Notes: generated by a model not told the origin, from the letters alone. DNA of 64,000 bases from a virus (IMGVR_UViG_3300033073_001045:1-64000), one strand, 5' to 3'; shown: positions 1-9,249, counted from the first letter of the stretch. Translations and numbers: made by a program.

Positions 1-170
1 TCTGCAGGAACTGGAAGTGCAATTGCAGTTGCTGCTGTTGTACCAGCAGTTGCAGGTGCCGAACCACCAACCGTAAGAGTTGTAGTAGCAGCACTTGCAG
101 GTGTTGCAACAAGTGAACTCAAGGTAATGGCTGCAACCACACCAAGAGCGATTTTCTTAAATGACTTCAT
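1..170 (-). CDS. Secreted/surface protein, N-terminal part (runs off the window)
   Basis: Translated by hand: MKSFKKIALGVVAAITLSSLVATPASAATTTLTVGGSAP..., a Sec signal peptide with an ASA cleavage motif. AAGGAGA RBS upstream. Not in the ORF track. Confidence 0.8.
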   Translation of the reverse strand, partial: MKSFKKIALGVVAAITLSSLVATPASAATTTLTVGGSAPATAGTTAATAIALPVPA

Positions 171-218
171 TTAATTTATTTCTCCTTAATATATCCACCT
201 CTAGATGAGCGTGGAATT

Positions 219-407
219 CTAGTTTAATTCATTTATCTTGACATGAAAAGAACATGGGTCCCCACCCTCATTCCATTCTTGTTCTTCTTCGTCTGTAAGC
301 GGAGGACCTTCATGCGTATTGCAAAATACATCAGATATCCATCCCCTGTCATAACCATTTTTAAGCCATATTTCAAATTCTAAAAAGTTTGATTCTTCTA
401 GATCCAT
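219..407 (-). CDS. Hypothetical acidic protein (C-x2-H ... D-P-C motif)
   Basis: 62-aa ORF overlapping the thioredoxin stop, in operon context. Confidence 0.7.
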   Translation of the reverse strand: MDLEESNFLEFEIWLKNGYDRGWISDVFCNTHEGPPLTDEEEQEWNEGGDPCSFHVKINELN

Positions 408-700
408 GATTCTAGCTCTTTCATCAAAACATGTTTTGGCATTGCCCCAACAAGTGTCTTTACTGGTTGACCAGATTTAAATAATACCATACTTGGTATT
501 GACGACACCCGATATTCTTTAGTTTTAATAAGATTTTCATCAATATTTAATTTACCGACTAGTAGGTTAGTCTCATTTTCTATTTCTTCTAGGATTGGGG
601 ACAGCTTTTTACACGGTCCGCACCACTCTGCCCAAAAATCCACTAAAATTAAATCATTGTTTTTTATTGCATCGTCAAACGTGTCATCTGTTAATATCAT
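398..700 (-). CDS. trxA: Thioredoxin
   Basis: DFWAEWCGPCK active site and SIPS cis-Pro motif. Start moved to ATG 700, which lies 6 nt after a TATACT -10 box. Confidence 0.95.
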   Translation of the reverse strand: MILTDDTFDDAIKNNDLILVDFWAEWCGPCKKLSPILEEIENETNLLVGKLNIDENLIKTKEYRVSSIPSMVLFKSGQPVKTLVGAMPKHVLMKELESWI

Positions 701-706
701 AATCAA

Positions 707-735
707 AGTATACAAAATACGCTAGCCGCTGTCAA
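707..735 (-). promoter_or_regulatory. Housekeeping-sigma promoter, leaderless, for thioredoxin
   Basis: TTGACA-N17-TATACT-N6-ATG. Confidence 0.85.
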
Positions 736-768
736 TAGCAAATAATATATATATTGTATAATATATAT

Positions 769-1395
769 ATGATAGATTACGCACCATATAAAGCCCTAAA
801 GGCATCAAAACCAATATCAAATGAAGACTTTCCAGTTAAAGTTATAGACGATGTGCTGTCGCCAGATATAATTAAATATCTATATGATAGCATAAAAGAT
901 GATAATGAAGTGATGCAAGACTGGGGCGGCAGGAAGTCGTATTCTATGGCTTTAAATCCTATTTTTGCTCGTAGGGTAAATGAGATTGTTAAACAGCATT
1001 CTGGAAAAGATGTATATTTAAAAGAATTTTTCTTTTTAAGATACACACTAGACTATGGCTACGAAAGTAAACTATTCCCACACTGGGACAGCAGAGAGTC
1101 TCAAAGAATAACTTTTGATATACAGCTAAATGCTGATGAAGACTGGGGCGTAGTAGTAGAAGGTGAAACATACAGACTAAAGTATAATCAAGCATTGCTT
1201 TTTTCAGGAACACAACAAATTCACTGGAGAGAAAATTTAAAACTAAAACCAGGAAGCGTTATTGACATGATAGTGTGTAATCTTGCTTATACAAAAGACA
1301 TACCTTTAGATCCAAATCAAGCAGAAATTCTTGAAGAACGAAGCATGTTTCTTATGGAAGAAACTGGAATAGGTAACAAGCCTATAGAAGCTTAG
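769..1395 (+). CDS. 2OG-Fe(II) oxygenase-like protein (paralog 1)
   Basis: LFPHWD (HxD) ... QQIHWRE (distal His). Start set at ATG 769, 6 nt after TATAAT. The only plus-strand gene called. Confidence 0.75.
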   Translation: MIDYAPYKALKASKPISNEDFPVKVIDDVLSPDIIKYLYDSIKDDNEVMQDWGGRKSYSMALNPIFARRVNEIVKQHSGKDVYLKEFFFLRYTLDYGYESKLFPHWDSRESQRITFDIQLNADEDWGVVVEGETYRLKYNQALLFSGTQQIHWRENLKLKPGSVIDMIVCNLAYTKDIPLDPNQAEILEERSMFLMEETGIGNKPIEA

Positions 1396-2249
1396 TGGTA
1401 TATCCCGTGTTCTACTGGATGATTACATCTATGCATGAATCGGTCAATAGGTCCATGTGGTTTACCAAGATACTTTTGTCCTGGAAACAAATCTCTAATA
1501 GAGTTACAAATATGATGATCGCATTCTTCTGTATGTAGCATTTCTCCAAGAACTATAGTAAGAAGTGTTGTATCATTTATTTTTTTAATATCTGGATGAT
1601 TTTTAATATTGTTGGCCCAGTCTGTTATAACAAATTCTTTATCTGTTGTAAGATTACAGCAAAGCGCAACAAGCTTATTGGCCACATTTTCTCCATTAAA
1701 CTCCCACCTAAACTGAGTATCTATAATGTCTAAAACCTTTGGGAAATCCTTGCCCCATATATAAACTGTTGTTGTATGTGTTATATCTTTTAGTGGGGGA
1801 AACTCAATCTCAACATTTTTTGGCTCAATAGTTGGGTGTATAAAAACTCTTCCATTTGATGTTCCGCTTGTTACAAGAGCCTGTATTCCAGCATTAGCTC
1901 CTGGTAAAACAACATAGTCTAATCCATAACGGATACACTCTTGGATAAACTGAATGCCTGGATCAGAAACTGCAAGCTGACCTTCTGACGATACCATCAA
2001 AACAGATTTTCCAGATCTAATTAAATCTAAAACTTCATTTACCTGATCCCACTCTGCATGGCATGAGTGAAAGCTCTTTAGCATCCGCTTTTCTGTTTTA
2101 ATTTCATACTTATCTGTTAGCATATCGATATAGGTTGTAGGGTAGTCTATGTACATAACGTCACAGGTTTTTAATGCATCAAGCATTCTTATTGTTATAT
2201 CGTCCATGTTGCCTAGGGGCATAGACCCAACTATTAATTTACCACTCAT
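1392..2249 (-). CDS. RsmI-like SAM-dependent methyltransferase (tetrapyrrole methylase fold)
   Basis: MPLGNMDDITIRMLDALKTCD, VSSEGQLAVSDPG and VLPGANA resemble the RsmI motifs TPIGNLxDITxRAL, VSDAGTPxISDPG and PxPGxxA. His/Cys-rich C-terminal tail. Confidence 0.8.
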   Translation of the reverse strand: MSGKLIVGSMPLGNMDDITIRMLDALKTCDVMYIDYPTTYIDMLTDKYEIKTEKRMLKSFHSCHAEWDQVNEVLDLIRSGKSVLMVSSEGQLAVSDPGIQFIQECIRYGLDYVVLPGANAGIQALVTSGTSNGRVFIHPTIEPKNVEIEFPPLKDITHTTTVYIWGKDFPKVLDIIDTQFRWEFNGENVANKLVALCCNLTTDKEFVITDWANNIKNHPDIKKINDTTLLTIVLGEMLHTEECDHHICNSIRDLFPGQKYLGKPHGPIDRFMHRCNHPVEHGIYH

Positions 2250-2851
2250 TTTTTCTCCTTTAAATTATATCTATTAACATCATTTGGTACCATCTTATCA
2301 CGCATTTGTTTTCTAGTTTGTTCTGGAAGAGCAAAAAACTCTTTAGCTTTAATTAAAGCCTCATGTCCTTCTGGAGCCAAATTAACAAATATTACTATTA
2401 AATAATCTTTTTCATCTGTAGATGGGTATGCTGGACGAGAATGGTAGTCTTCATCCCCTTTTAAAAACATCCCAGAATTTGGTAGGCTTGGAAAATACTC
2501 ACCTTCTACTTCCAATGGCCAGTCTATGGTAGTGTCTATAACAATATCCATTGTATGCGTTGCATAGAAATTATCTTTATGCCTACCAAGTGATGGAATA
2601 CATCCATCTTTTATTTGGTATTTAGCACATTGTGTATAAACAATGTCAAGGTCATCTATGCCAAAATTCTCTCTAGCTTTTTTAATAATTAAAGATTTCA
2701 TTGGCTCTGGAAAAAATACTCCATGATAGTATCTTCCATATGCGGTAGCATATCTAAAGTCTTCAAAAGAGTCTATTTGAGAGAGTATAAATGATTTTAG
2801 ATCATTAAATTCTTTCTCTTCAAATAGATCCTCTTTTAAAAAAGACTTCAT
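2246..2851 (-). CDS. 2OG-Fe(II) oxygenase-like protein (paralog 2)
   Basis: LGRHKD ... DWPLEVEG ... DYHSRP, the same motif layout as paralog 1. Confidence 0.7.
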   Translation of the reverse strand: MKSFLKEDLFEEKEFNDLKSFILSQIDSFEDFRYATAYGRYYHGVFFPEPMKSLIIKKARENFGIDDLDIVYTQCAKYQIKDGCIPSLGRHKDNFYATHTMDIVIDTTIDWPLEVEGEYFPSLPNSGMFLKGDEDYHSRPAYPSTDEKDYLIVIFVNLAPEGHEALIKAKEFFALPEQTRKQMRDKMVPNDVNRYNLKEKK

Positions 2852-3057
2852 TATTTATCTTTTAGCTCTTCCGCTGCAGCATTAAACTTATTCATAAATT
2901 CCTGAATTACAAATAAAGTAGTTTCATGTGCATTTCTTGACATTGCGCTAAAGGCCTGTTGATTCTTTTCATCATCTGGCATAGCAGAAAGCCATTTTTG
3001 ATACAGACCCTCTGCTACCTCTCCAATGATCTCATCCATTACCGTCATTTCAGCCAT
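2851..3057 (-). CDS. Hypothetical protein
   Basis: 68-aa ORF overlapping both neighbours. Confidence 0.7.
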   Translation of the reverse strand: MAEMTVMDEIIGEVAEGLYQKWLSAMPDDEKNQQAFSAMSRNAHETTLFVIQEFMNKFNAAAEELKDK

Positions 3058-4183
3058 TTAATTTTGCCAACCATTGTGCTTTAGTTGCAGCAAGCTTATC
3101 TGCTGCTGTTTTTACTGCTGCATCGTATTCTGCCTGCGCTGCTGCAATTGCAGCATTTACTTCTGCCTGTAGGGCAGCCTTTGCTGCTGCGTCTGCTGCT
3201 GCCTTTTGCGCTGCTAATTCTTGTGCAGTTGGTCCAGTGGGTGTAGATGTATTTGCTGAAATAGCAGCAGCCACATCAATAAGTTTATTGTACTTACCCT
3301 GACGACCAACAGTTTGTTTTGATGTTAGTCTCATAAGAGCAATAATATCGTTCATTGAAAGGTTTGGTTTTGCAGACCTAATAGCAACATACTTTGCTGC
3401 TGCAGCCTGAATTGCTGCTGATGAGCCAGAAATATTCTTTGATACATTACCTGGACCAGCAATAGTATAATAACCTAGTGCAAAGAAATCAAGTTTAGCA
3501 TCATCGTAATTACTGTTAGCAGCAATTTCATTATTTCTGTCAACGTATCCAACTGAAACAGATGAATCAATGCATGCTGGCCAATCAAGTCTTTGATAGT
3601 CTCTTCCATTTCCAGATGGGAAAAATACTGGAATGTTATTTGATGCCAATGCTTCTACTGAAGCTTTAGTATTAGGTGTCTTTGGACAATAGTCTGTTCC
3701 AGCTACGCCAAGATTATGATGTCCCTGAGCCATAGTAACAGCCTGAATATTATACTTTGCTGCATTTGAGTTTACCCAATTAAGCGCATTAAATACTGTG
3801 GATTCAAATGCAGTTTGTCTTGCACCAGTATTAGTATTACCAATAATCTTAATAAATACTACATTGATGTCTGGATTCTCTTGAAGGAGAACAGATGTCA
3901 TGAATGTACCGTGATCAAAACCATTTAAATTAATTAGGTTAGATGGCATAGATGCCGATCCAGGACCCTCCATAAAATTTTTTCCATTGGGACAAGTTGT
4001 CCAGTCAAGAATACATACCTCTTGAATAATTTTACCTTGAAATGCTGGTAACGATGTGTCAATTCCAGTATCTAGAATTGCAATAGATGGCTTAACTTCA
4101 GCCGATGCCTGCTGAATAGAAAATGATACAGCAGATGACAATAATGTAATAGATAGTAAAGCAGTTATTAGTTTTTTATTCAT
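3050..4183 (-). CDS. Secreted subtilisin-like serine peptidase (S8) with Ala-rich C-terminal tail
   Basis: Signal peptide; ILDTGID (Asp), HGTFM (His), SGN oxyanion motif, SGSSAA (Ser). Confidence 0.85.
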   Translation of the reverse strand: MNKKLITALLSITLLSSAVSFSIQQASAEVKPSIAILDTGIDTSLPAFQGKIIQEVCILDWTTCPNGKNFMEGPGSASMPSNLINLNGFDHGTFMTSVLLQENPDINVVFIKIIGNTNTGARQTAFESTVFNALNWVNSNAAKYNIQAVTMAQGHHNLGVAGTDYCPKTPNTKASVEALASNNIPVFFPSGNGRDYQRLDWPACIDSSVSVGYVDRNNEIAANSNYDDAKLDFFALGYYTIAGPGNVSKNISGSSAAIQAAAAKYVAIRSAKPNLSMNDIIALMRLTSKQTVGRQGKYNKLIDVAAAISANTSTPTGPTAQELAAQKAAADAAAKAALQAEVNAAIAAAQAEYDAAVKTAADKLAATKAQWLAKLNG

Positions 4184-4189
4184 ACAGGT

Positions 4190-4218
4190 ATTATATAAAA
4201 ATTAAACTTGCTTGTCAA
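4190..4218 (-). promoter_or_regulatory. Housekeeping-sigma promoter, leaderless, for the subtilase
   Basis: TTGACA-N17-TATAAT-N6-ATG. Confidence 0.85.
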
Positions 4219-4363
4219 TAGACTGATACCATTTACCAGCATCCATTTTAGGAGATGATTCAGATTCAACATACTCTTTAAACATTTGAGCCAACATATT
4301 AATTTTTCTTGACAATATGTCAACTTCATGCTGTAATTCTTCAATCTTTAATTTGTTTTTCAT
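4202..4363 (-). CDS. Small hypothetical coiled-coil protein (53 aa)
   Basis: Translated by hand: MKNKLKIEELQHEVDILSRKINMLAQ...; ATGA overlap with the upstream stop. Confidence 0.65.
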   Translation of the reverse strand: MKNKLKIEELQHEVDILSRKINMLAQMFKEYVESESSPKMDAGKWYQSIDKQV

Positions 4364-4713
4364 TCCATTTTCTCTTTATCTAATAATGTTGGTGCTGTTG
4401 CATATGTTCCACATTCAGCACACTCCATGTCTAAGAAATAACTAGACACCTCATAGTCTTTGAATATAACTCCAACTCTCCATACTGTTGATCCACATAT
4501 ACATTCATGAGTAGGTGTTCCACGAAGATCCATTTTACGAGACTCTTGCTCTTCCGCCATTTGGATAATAGACTCTATTTCTTCATTTACAAGTCTTTCT
4601 TCTTCTTTATTAATATAATAAAATCCAAAGTCATATCTTGATTTAATAATTCGATAGAACTTAAATACAACATATGCCATCCAGGCACCAAAAGAATAAA
4701 ATAGTATCTTCAT
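4360..4713 (-). CDS. Membrane-anchored Zn-ribbon protein
   Basis: N-terminal hydrophobic helix; CxC ... CxxC. Start at ATG 4713, 6 nt after TATAAT. Confidence 0.7.
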   Translation of the reverse strand: MKILFYSFGAWMAYVVFKFYRIIKSRYDFGFYYINKEEERLVNEEIESIIQMAEEQESRKMDLRGTPTHECICGSTVWRVGVIFKDYEVSSYFLDMECAECGTYATAPTLLDKEKME

Positions 4714-4727
4714 ACTACCATTATACA

Positions 4728-5285
4728 TCAAATTTGAATGTAAGTAAATGGAGGGGCTACAGCCATATTAAACTCTGATGCAGCTTCTAGAGCAGCTTTA
4801 ATTCTAAGCTTTGGATTCTTTTGATTTTTGGTTGCATACAATGCGCCAAGTGCAATTTGTCCACCACTTCCCTCTGCCATGTAGTTAACAACATTTTCTC
4901 CAACATGAAAGTCTTCATCTATAGTAAAGATTCTACCTTCAACTCCAACTATAAATATTCCTCCAGTGTCTTCATCTGAAGGTGATCCTATTGAACCATA
5001 TCCATTATCTTTAAATGCTTGTTTAACAGAATCAATAAATTTAGTTCTCATAAACTTATCTAGTCCAGAGTTAGTTTTTGTTGGAGTGTACTTTGGAGGT
5101 GTCCAAGAATACTGCAGGATTTGTCCCATACGAAATGAATCAGTAAAGGCAATACCGTACTGTCCAATCTTAAAACATTTTGGTTCTTTTCTAGAAAGTA
5201 TCCATCCAGTTTTATCATCTGATGCAGCATGATCAGATCCCATATAAACTGTTCCATTTTGGGCAATAGCAACTATACATGTCAT
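4728..5285 (-). CDS. Ntn-hydrolase, proteasome-beta/HslV-like protease
   Basis: N-terminal M-T-C-I-V-A ... GSD and AEGSGG...ALGAL. Thr2 becomes the N-terminal nucleophile after Met removal. Confidence 0.8.
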   Translation of the reverse strand: MTCIVAIAQNGTVYMGSDHAASDDKTGWILSRKEPKCFKIGQYGIAFTDSFRMGQILQYSWTPPKYTPTKTNSGLDKFMRTKFIDSVKQAFKDNGYGSIGSPSDEDTGGIFIVGVEGRIFTIDEDFHVGENVVNYMAEGSGGQIALGALYATKNQKNPKLRIKAALEAASEFNMAVAPPFTYIQI

Positions 5286-5317
5286 AAATACAGTATACTA
5301 TTTATAAATTTAAAGTG

Positions 5318-5626
5318 CTAGCCCTCTAAATCCAGATGTATTTCTGCATGGGTAAGCTTAATTAGGGTATCTTCAAGCTCAGCCCTAACTTTTATAAGCT
5401 CCTGCAGAGCGTCATAATATTTATCTTTCCACTCATCAAGGTCTTTTTCAAGCTTATATAATTTAATTTGAAGGTCTTTAAGCTCAATCATTAATCCGTC
5501 ATGTTGCTTTTCCTGCAACCTTATAGATTCTGCCTTTTTATTTTTTTTATGTGAAATGATAGAGGCAAATAAACCACTCAGCATTGAGGCTAGAATAGTT
5601 ATAGCTATCTGGGTATTAGCATTCAT
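5318..5626 (-). CDS. Membrane-anchored coiled-coil protein
   Basis: N-terminal TM helix followed by a heptad-rich region. Confidence 0.65.
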   Translation of the reverse strand: MNANTQIAITILASMLSGLFASIISHKKNKKAESIRLQEKQHDGLMIELKDLQIKLYKLEKDLDEWKDKYYDALQELIKVRAELEDTLIKLTHAEIHLDLEG

Positions 5627-5656
5627 TATAACTATATTATACAGTAATAATGTTTA

Positions 5657-5893
5657 TTAAACTAATAATTCAGATGCAGATATTTCAGTTCCAATATACT
5701 TTCTTTTAATTATAAAATCTTTAACGTAATCTGAGCCATTCTGTCTTCCCGCCAATATAATCGTCCATCTTGGCTCAAATTTTGATTCAGCACAGGTGCC
5801 ACACAAAAGAAGATTAATCGGCAGCAACGAAGACTTTTTTATAGATAGTTCATTTTTGCTTTTATTGCAGCTGTAACACAGTACTCTTTCCAT
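5657..5893 (-). CDS. Zn-finger hypothetical protein
   Basis: CxxC ... CxxC. Confidence 0.7.
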   Translation of the reverse strand: MERVLCYSCNKSKNELSIKKSSLLPINLLLCGTCAESKFEPRWTIILAGRQNGSDYVKDFIIKRKYIGTEISASELLV

Positions 5894-6205
5894 TTATTTA
5901 ACACCAGCTCCCTTTTTACTTGGCTTCCCCTCAAGCTCTACTCTAACTCCGTATGACTCCAAAATATTTTTTACCATTTCTATGTATTCAATCACCCTTA
6001 TTTTAAATGATCCTTCGTATGTAGAAAAATTATCCTCATACAATCTAATTGCTAAAAATTCTGGATACTTAACAATATCCATCTGTAAATTAGGCACTGG
6101 ACATTTAAGCTCTCTAATTTTTTTTGCCATTTCTTTTGTATAAAAGGTTGGCTTATTAGGCTCTCCAGTCCACTCATTTATTCCATATTTAAAATGATTA
6201 TTCAT
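5894..6205 (-). CDS. Hypothetical protein
   Basis: Coupled to whiB in the operon. Confidence 0.7.
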   Translation of the reverse strand: MNNHFKYGINEWTGEPNKPTFYTKEMAKKIRELKCPVPNLQMDIVKYPEFLAIRLYEDNFSTYEGSFKIRVIEYIEMVKNILESYGVRVELEGKPSKKGAGVK

Positions 6206-6506
6206 GATGCTTCTTTAGTCTTTTCCACACATCTTTTGTTTTATGTGCATTTTTAACTTTATCAACAGATCCAGAAGTCAAATAAACACCACCCCATACG
6301 CCATAATCATTATTTTCTACTCCATTATCATGACATATTTTTATTACTGGACAAGACATACACGCCTCATCAATTCCTTTTGCCGTACTAATATCAGTTT
6401 CATATTTGTCAAAAAATAAGTTTGTGTCCATTCCACGGCATAAAGCAAAATCATACCATTTTGGATCTTCCTTATCTATGCCAAGATCACTTAAAATATT
6501 TGACAT
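6198..6506 (-). CDS. whiB: WhiB-family Fe-S transcription factor
   Basis: ALCRG..LFF, CMSCPVIKIC and YGVWGG: four Cys plus G[VI]WGG. Start moved to ATG 6506. Confidence 0.93.
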   Translation of the reverse strand: MSNILSDLGIDKEDPKWYDFALCRGMDTNLFFDKYETDISTAKGIDEACMSCPVIKICHDNGVENNDYGVWGGVYLTSGSVDKVKNAHKTKDVWKRLKKHHE

Positions 6507-6723
6507 ATTTTTTAGGAAGCTTCCAAACACCACTATTATTTACTAGCACCCTGTGTGCAGTACCCCATACATTGTATTTAAACATACCGTTTGGAGAACT
6601 ATATCCTGCGGAATCTTTATTCCATATTACTAGATCATAATTATCCCAAAAAGATTTTGAAGACTTGGTATCAAATCTTTTAATGAATAACTCTACTCCA
6701 GCTTCATTTAAAACTAACATCAC
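6487..6723 (-). CDS. Hypothetical protein
   Basis: 78-aa ORF, overlap-coupled. Confidence 0.7.
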   Translation of the reverse strand: MMLVLNEAGVELFIKRFDTKSSKSFWDNYDLVIWNKDSAGYSSPNGMFKYNVWGTAHRVLVNNSGVWKLPKKYVKYFK

Positions 6724-7307
6724 ATATACTCACTTAAATATTTAGTTGATAGGAGTTTCATATCAACTCTATGCTGGTTTGTTATATCTTCCGCCTGAGT
6801 ATCTTCCATATGACAAAATATCATATCCAAATACTGATCTTTTTCTAACTGTATTTTTGGCCTCCAGTGTATCTGATGTGTGCCAGAAAACACTAAAGCC
6901 TGATTATCTTGCAAGATATACTCTTTACCATCTACACAAATTGGCCATTTAATATTCCCACCAATTTGTATATCAACAGTAAGCATAGGTTTTTTAAAAA
7001 CCTTATCATAGTGCGGTGGTAACCATGGCTGATTTCCACTTTCTATAGTATATCTTGCAAACTGTACTGCGCTTGCCTTTATGTCTAAATTATACACTAT
7101 TTTAACAGCATTTTCAATAGACAAAAATATATCTTCTGCTTCAGAATTACGTGAATCAAATTGATCTATGTAGAATGCAATTTGCCCGTAATTATTTGGT
7201 AATTTTATTTTATCGTTTGGGCATTTGTCCACCCAAGAATAAATTCTTTCTATTTGATTATCAGTAAAAATATTAGAAATAATTTTATTCTCAATGCTAT
7301 AAAACAT
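6720..7307 (-). CDS. 2OG-Fe(II) oxygenase-like protein (paralog 3)
   Basis: LPPHYD ... DIQIGGNIKWP ... QALVFSGTHQIHWRP. Confidence 0.75.
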   Translation of the reverse strand: MFYSIENKIISNIFTDNQIERIYSWVDKCPNDKIKLPNNYGQIAFYIDQFDSRNSEAEDIFLSIENAVKIVYNLDIKASAVQFARYTIESGNQPWLPPHYDKVFKKPMLTVDIQIGGNIKWPICVDGKEYILQDNQALVFSGTHQIHWRPKIQLEKDQYLDMIFCHMEDTQAEDITNQHRVDMKLLSTKYLSEYM

Positions 7308-8017
7308 TAATATGACCTTAGATGACTTGTATCTTCACCCTCATTAACCCATAAATTTTTAGAGTCTTCTGGGTTATAATGCATTTGTCTTTCTGGAGCC
7401 CCAGCATCAAATGTCCACCAAATTGGCATTGTGTATCTTATGCCGTCCTCTACTTCTGTAACAATGTGATTATATGCATTGTTTGCTGGGAACATGACAA
7501 GATCTCCAGCCTCTGGCTTAATATCTAAATCATAATCTGGGAACTGAATATGCCCTCCAGTATAATCATCATTTGGGTATATCAAGGCAGTTATGTTTAA
7601 CTTATAGTAGTTAGACTTCATCAAAGGATCACCATTAGGATATTGGCAATCAGAATGTAATGCTGAACCCATAGTAGGACTCCATTTAATAAAATGAAGT
7701 TCATTCCATGGTTTCTCAAAAAGCTTGATGTCATATTTATCTACAAAGTTTTTCTTAGCAACATCAAATAACATCGTTTCATATTTTTTAATTAATGCTG
7801 CAACTTCTGGATTCTCTTCTTTAACCTCTAGGTGTCTCAAGCTTTTGCCACCAGAAAATTCTGGATCGTTTCTATGTGTATTTAAATAATCAACAATCTT
7901 AACTCTATCTGATTCATCTAAAAATTTTTTAACAATAATAATATTGTCTTTTGATTTACCTATTTTATCAAAGTAAGCCTGGTAATATGACCAAACTTTT
8001 AAATCATATTCATTCAT
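7307..8017 (-). CDS. Prolyl-4-hydroxylase-type 2OG-Fe(II) oxygenase
   Basis: ALHSD ... YPNDDYTGG ... HIVTEVEDGIRY. Start moved to ATG 8017 (AGGAG RBS). Confidence 0.85.
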   Translation of the reverse strand: MNEYDLKVWSYYQAYFDKIGKSKDNIIIVKKFLDESDRVKIVDYLNTHRNDPEFSGGKSLRHLEVKEENPEVAALIKKYETMLFDVAKKNFVDKYDIKLFEKPWNELHFIKWSPTMGSALHSDCQYPNGDPLMKSNYYKLNITALIYPNDDYTGGHIQFPDYDLDIKPEAGDLVMFPANNAYNHIVTEVEDGIRYTMPIWWTFDAGAPERQMHYNPEDSKNLWVNEGEDTSHLRSY

Positions 8018-8741
8018 TTTTGCTCCTAATCTTGTTAATGAAATGAGTGTATATATCTTTCTGTGAGTGCAAGTCATTGTCTGTGCTAAAAAAACAATTA
8101 AACTCAATTAAACATAAAAGTTCCGATGTATTTTTATCCCAGGTGGTCCATAATAAATTTATATCTTTTGCTGCACAATATGACTCTAGGATATGAGCAT
8201 ATCTAATGTAATTTACTGCTAATAGATTTAATGGAACATCATTTGGGATTGCCATTGCGTTATGCTCGATTCCATTTTCAGACTGAAGCTGCCTATACAT
8301 CTTAGGCTTGTATACTTTACCTTCTGGCCAATAGCCATACTGTCTAATTATTTCTGGCATCAATACAAATAGTTTTGAAGGCGCTCCATGCTTATCAACA
8401 TACTTAATTATATTCGAAACGATCTTCTGTGGATCTGCTCCTGGATATGCTAGGCTTCTAAATGTTCCAGTTGTTCCAAGATAGTATCTGTACAAATTGT
8501 ACGCCCAAGCATCATTTAGATCTTCATTAATTGGTAGCGTATACTCACATCCAGCAAACAGAATATGATCTGACTTTGAAATATCTGTAAACTCATCACA
8601 TCTTAATCCATTTGAGTTAAGTAGGTACTCTTTATCTTCCATCCAGGGTGTAGGAAATTCAACCATGGGCTCTATATCTTTTGAAAGCCAGGCCTGGTAT
8701 TTTGGGTTAAGATCAAGAATTTGATCTTTATAAGATAGCAT
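8010..8741 (-). CDS. SGNH-hydrolase-like protein (expected Ser replaced by Glu)
   Basis: NSNGLRCDEF ... ILFAGCEYT resembles the phage 'NxxGFR..GCSxT' family. Confidence 0.5.
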   Translation of the reverse strand: MLSYKDQILDLNPKYQAWLSKDIEPMVEFPTPWMEDKEYLLNSNGLRCDEFTDISKSDHILFAGCEYTLPINEDLNDAWAYNLYRYYLGTTGTFRSLAYPGADPQKIVSNIIKYVDKHGAPSKLFVLMPEIIRQYGYWPEGKVYKPKMYRQLQSENGIEHNAMAIPNDVPLNLLAVNYIRYAHILESYCAAKDINLLWTTWDKNTSELLCLIEFNCFFSTDNDLHSQKDIYTHFINKIRSKNE

Positions 8742-8767
8742 TAAGCTTAGCCCCTACCGACTATATA

Positions 8768-8796
8768 ATTATACATCCCAGAAATTGAGGTGTCAA
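8768..8796 (-). promoter_or_regulatory. Housekeeping-sigma promoter
   Basis: TTGACA-N17-TATAAT. Confidence 0.85.
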
Positions 8797-8945
8797 GAGT
8801 TATTTTTTTCTTTTATAGATATTATTTTAATTGATTTAATTTCGTCATCTGTTATAAATACATCATTTAAATATTCCTGAGCATCTTCTACAGTAAATGC
8901 CTCAACCTCTACTGACACCTCTAACTTAATTGAATATTTATTCAT
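8793..8945 (-). CDS. Small hypothetical protein (50 aa)
   Basis: Translated by hand: MNKYSIKLEVSVEVEAFTVEDAQEYLNDVF...; ATG 6 nt after TGATATAAT. Confidence 0.75.
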   Translation of the reverse strand: MNKYSIKLEVSVEVEAFTVEDAQEYLNDVFITDDEIKSIKIISIKEKNNS

Positions 8946-8957
8946 AACTTAATTATA

Positions 8958-9248
8958 TCATTTTGATGCTTTTTTATCTACTGATGCAAAAGCCTCATTT
9001 ATTTCGGCTACAGTAAGCTTGCCATCATCTAAAAAGCCACGTGCCAGCTTTTCAACTACGGAAGCAACACCAAGTGTTCCAGCCAATATAACTGCTTTGG
9101 CTGTGCTAATTCCAACAACTGCCCCAGCCCCAATAACTGATAATCCAGACGCTGCAAATACAGCCACTATTCTTGCAAGAATATTATTAATGCTTGCTAT
9201 AGCTCCTCCACCAACATATGTAGGCTCTTCAATATTTTTCTTTGCCAT
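8958..9248 (-). CDS. Small membrane protein (holin-like)
   Basis: Two hydrophobic helices and a charged C-terminus. Start moved to ATG 9248 (GAGG RBS). Confidence 0.6.
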   Translation of the reverse strand: MAKKNIEEPTYVGGGAIASINNILARIVAVFAASGLSVIGAGAVVGISTAKAVILAGTLGVASVVEKLARGFLDDGKLTVAEINEAFASVDKKASK

Positions 9249-9249
9249 T

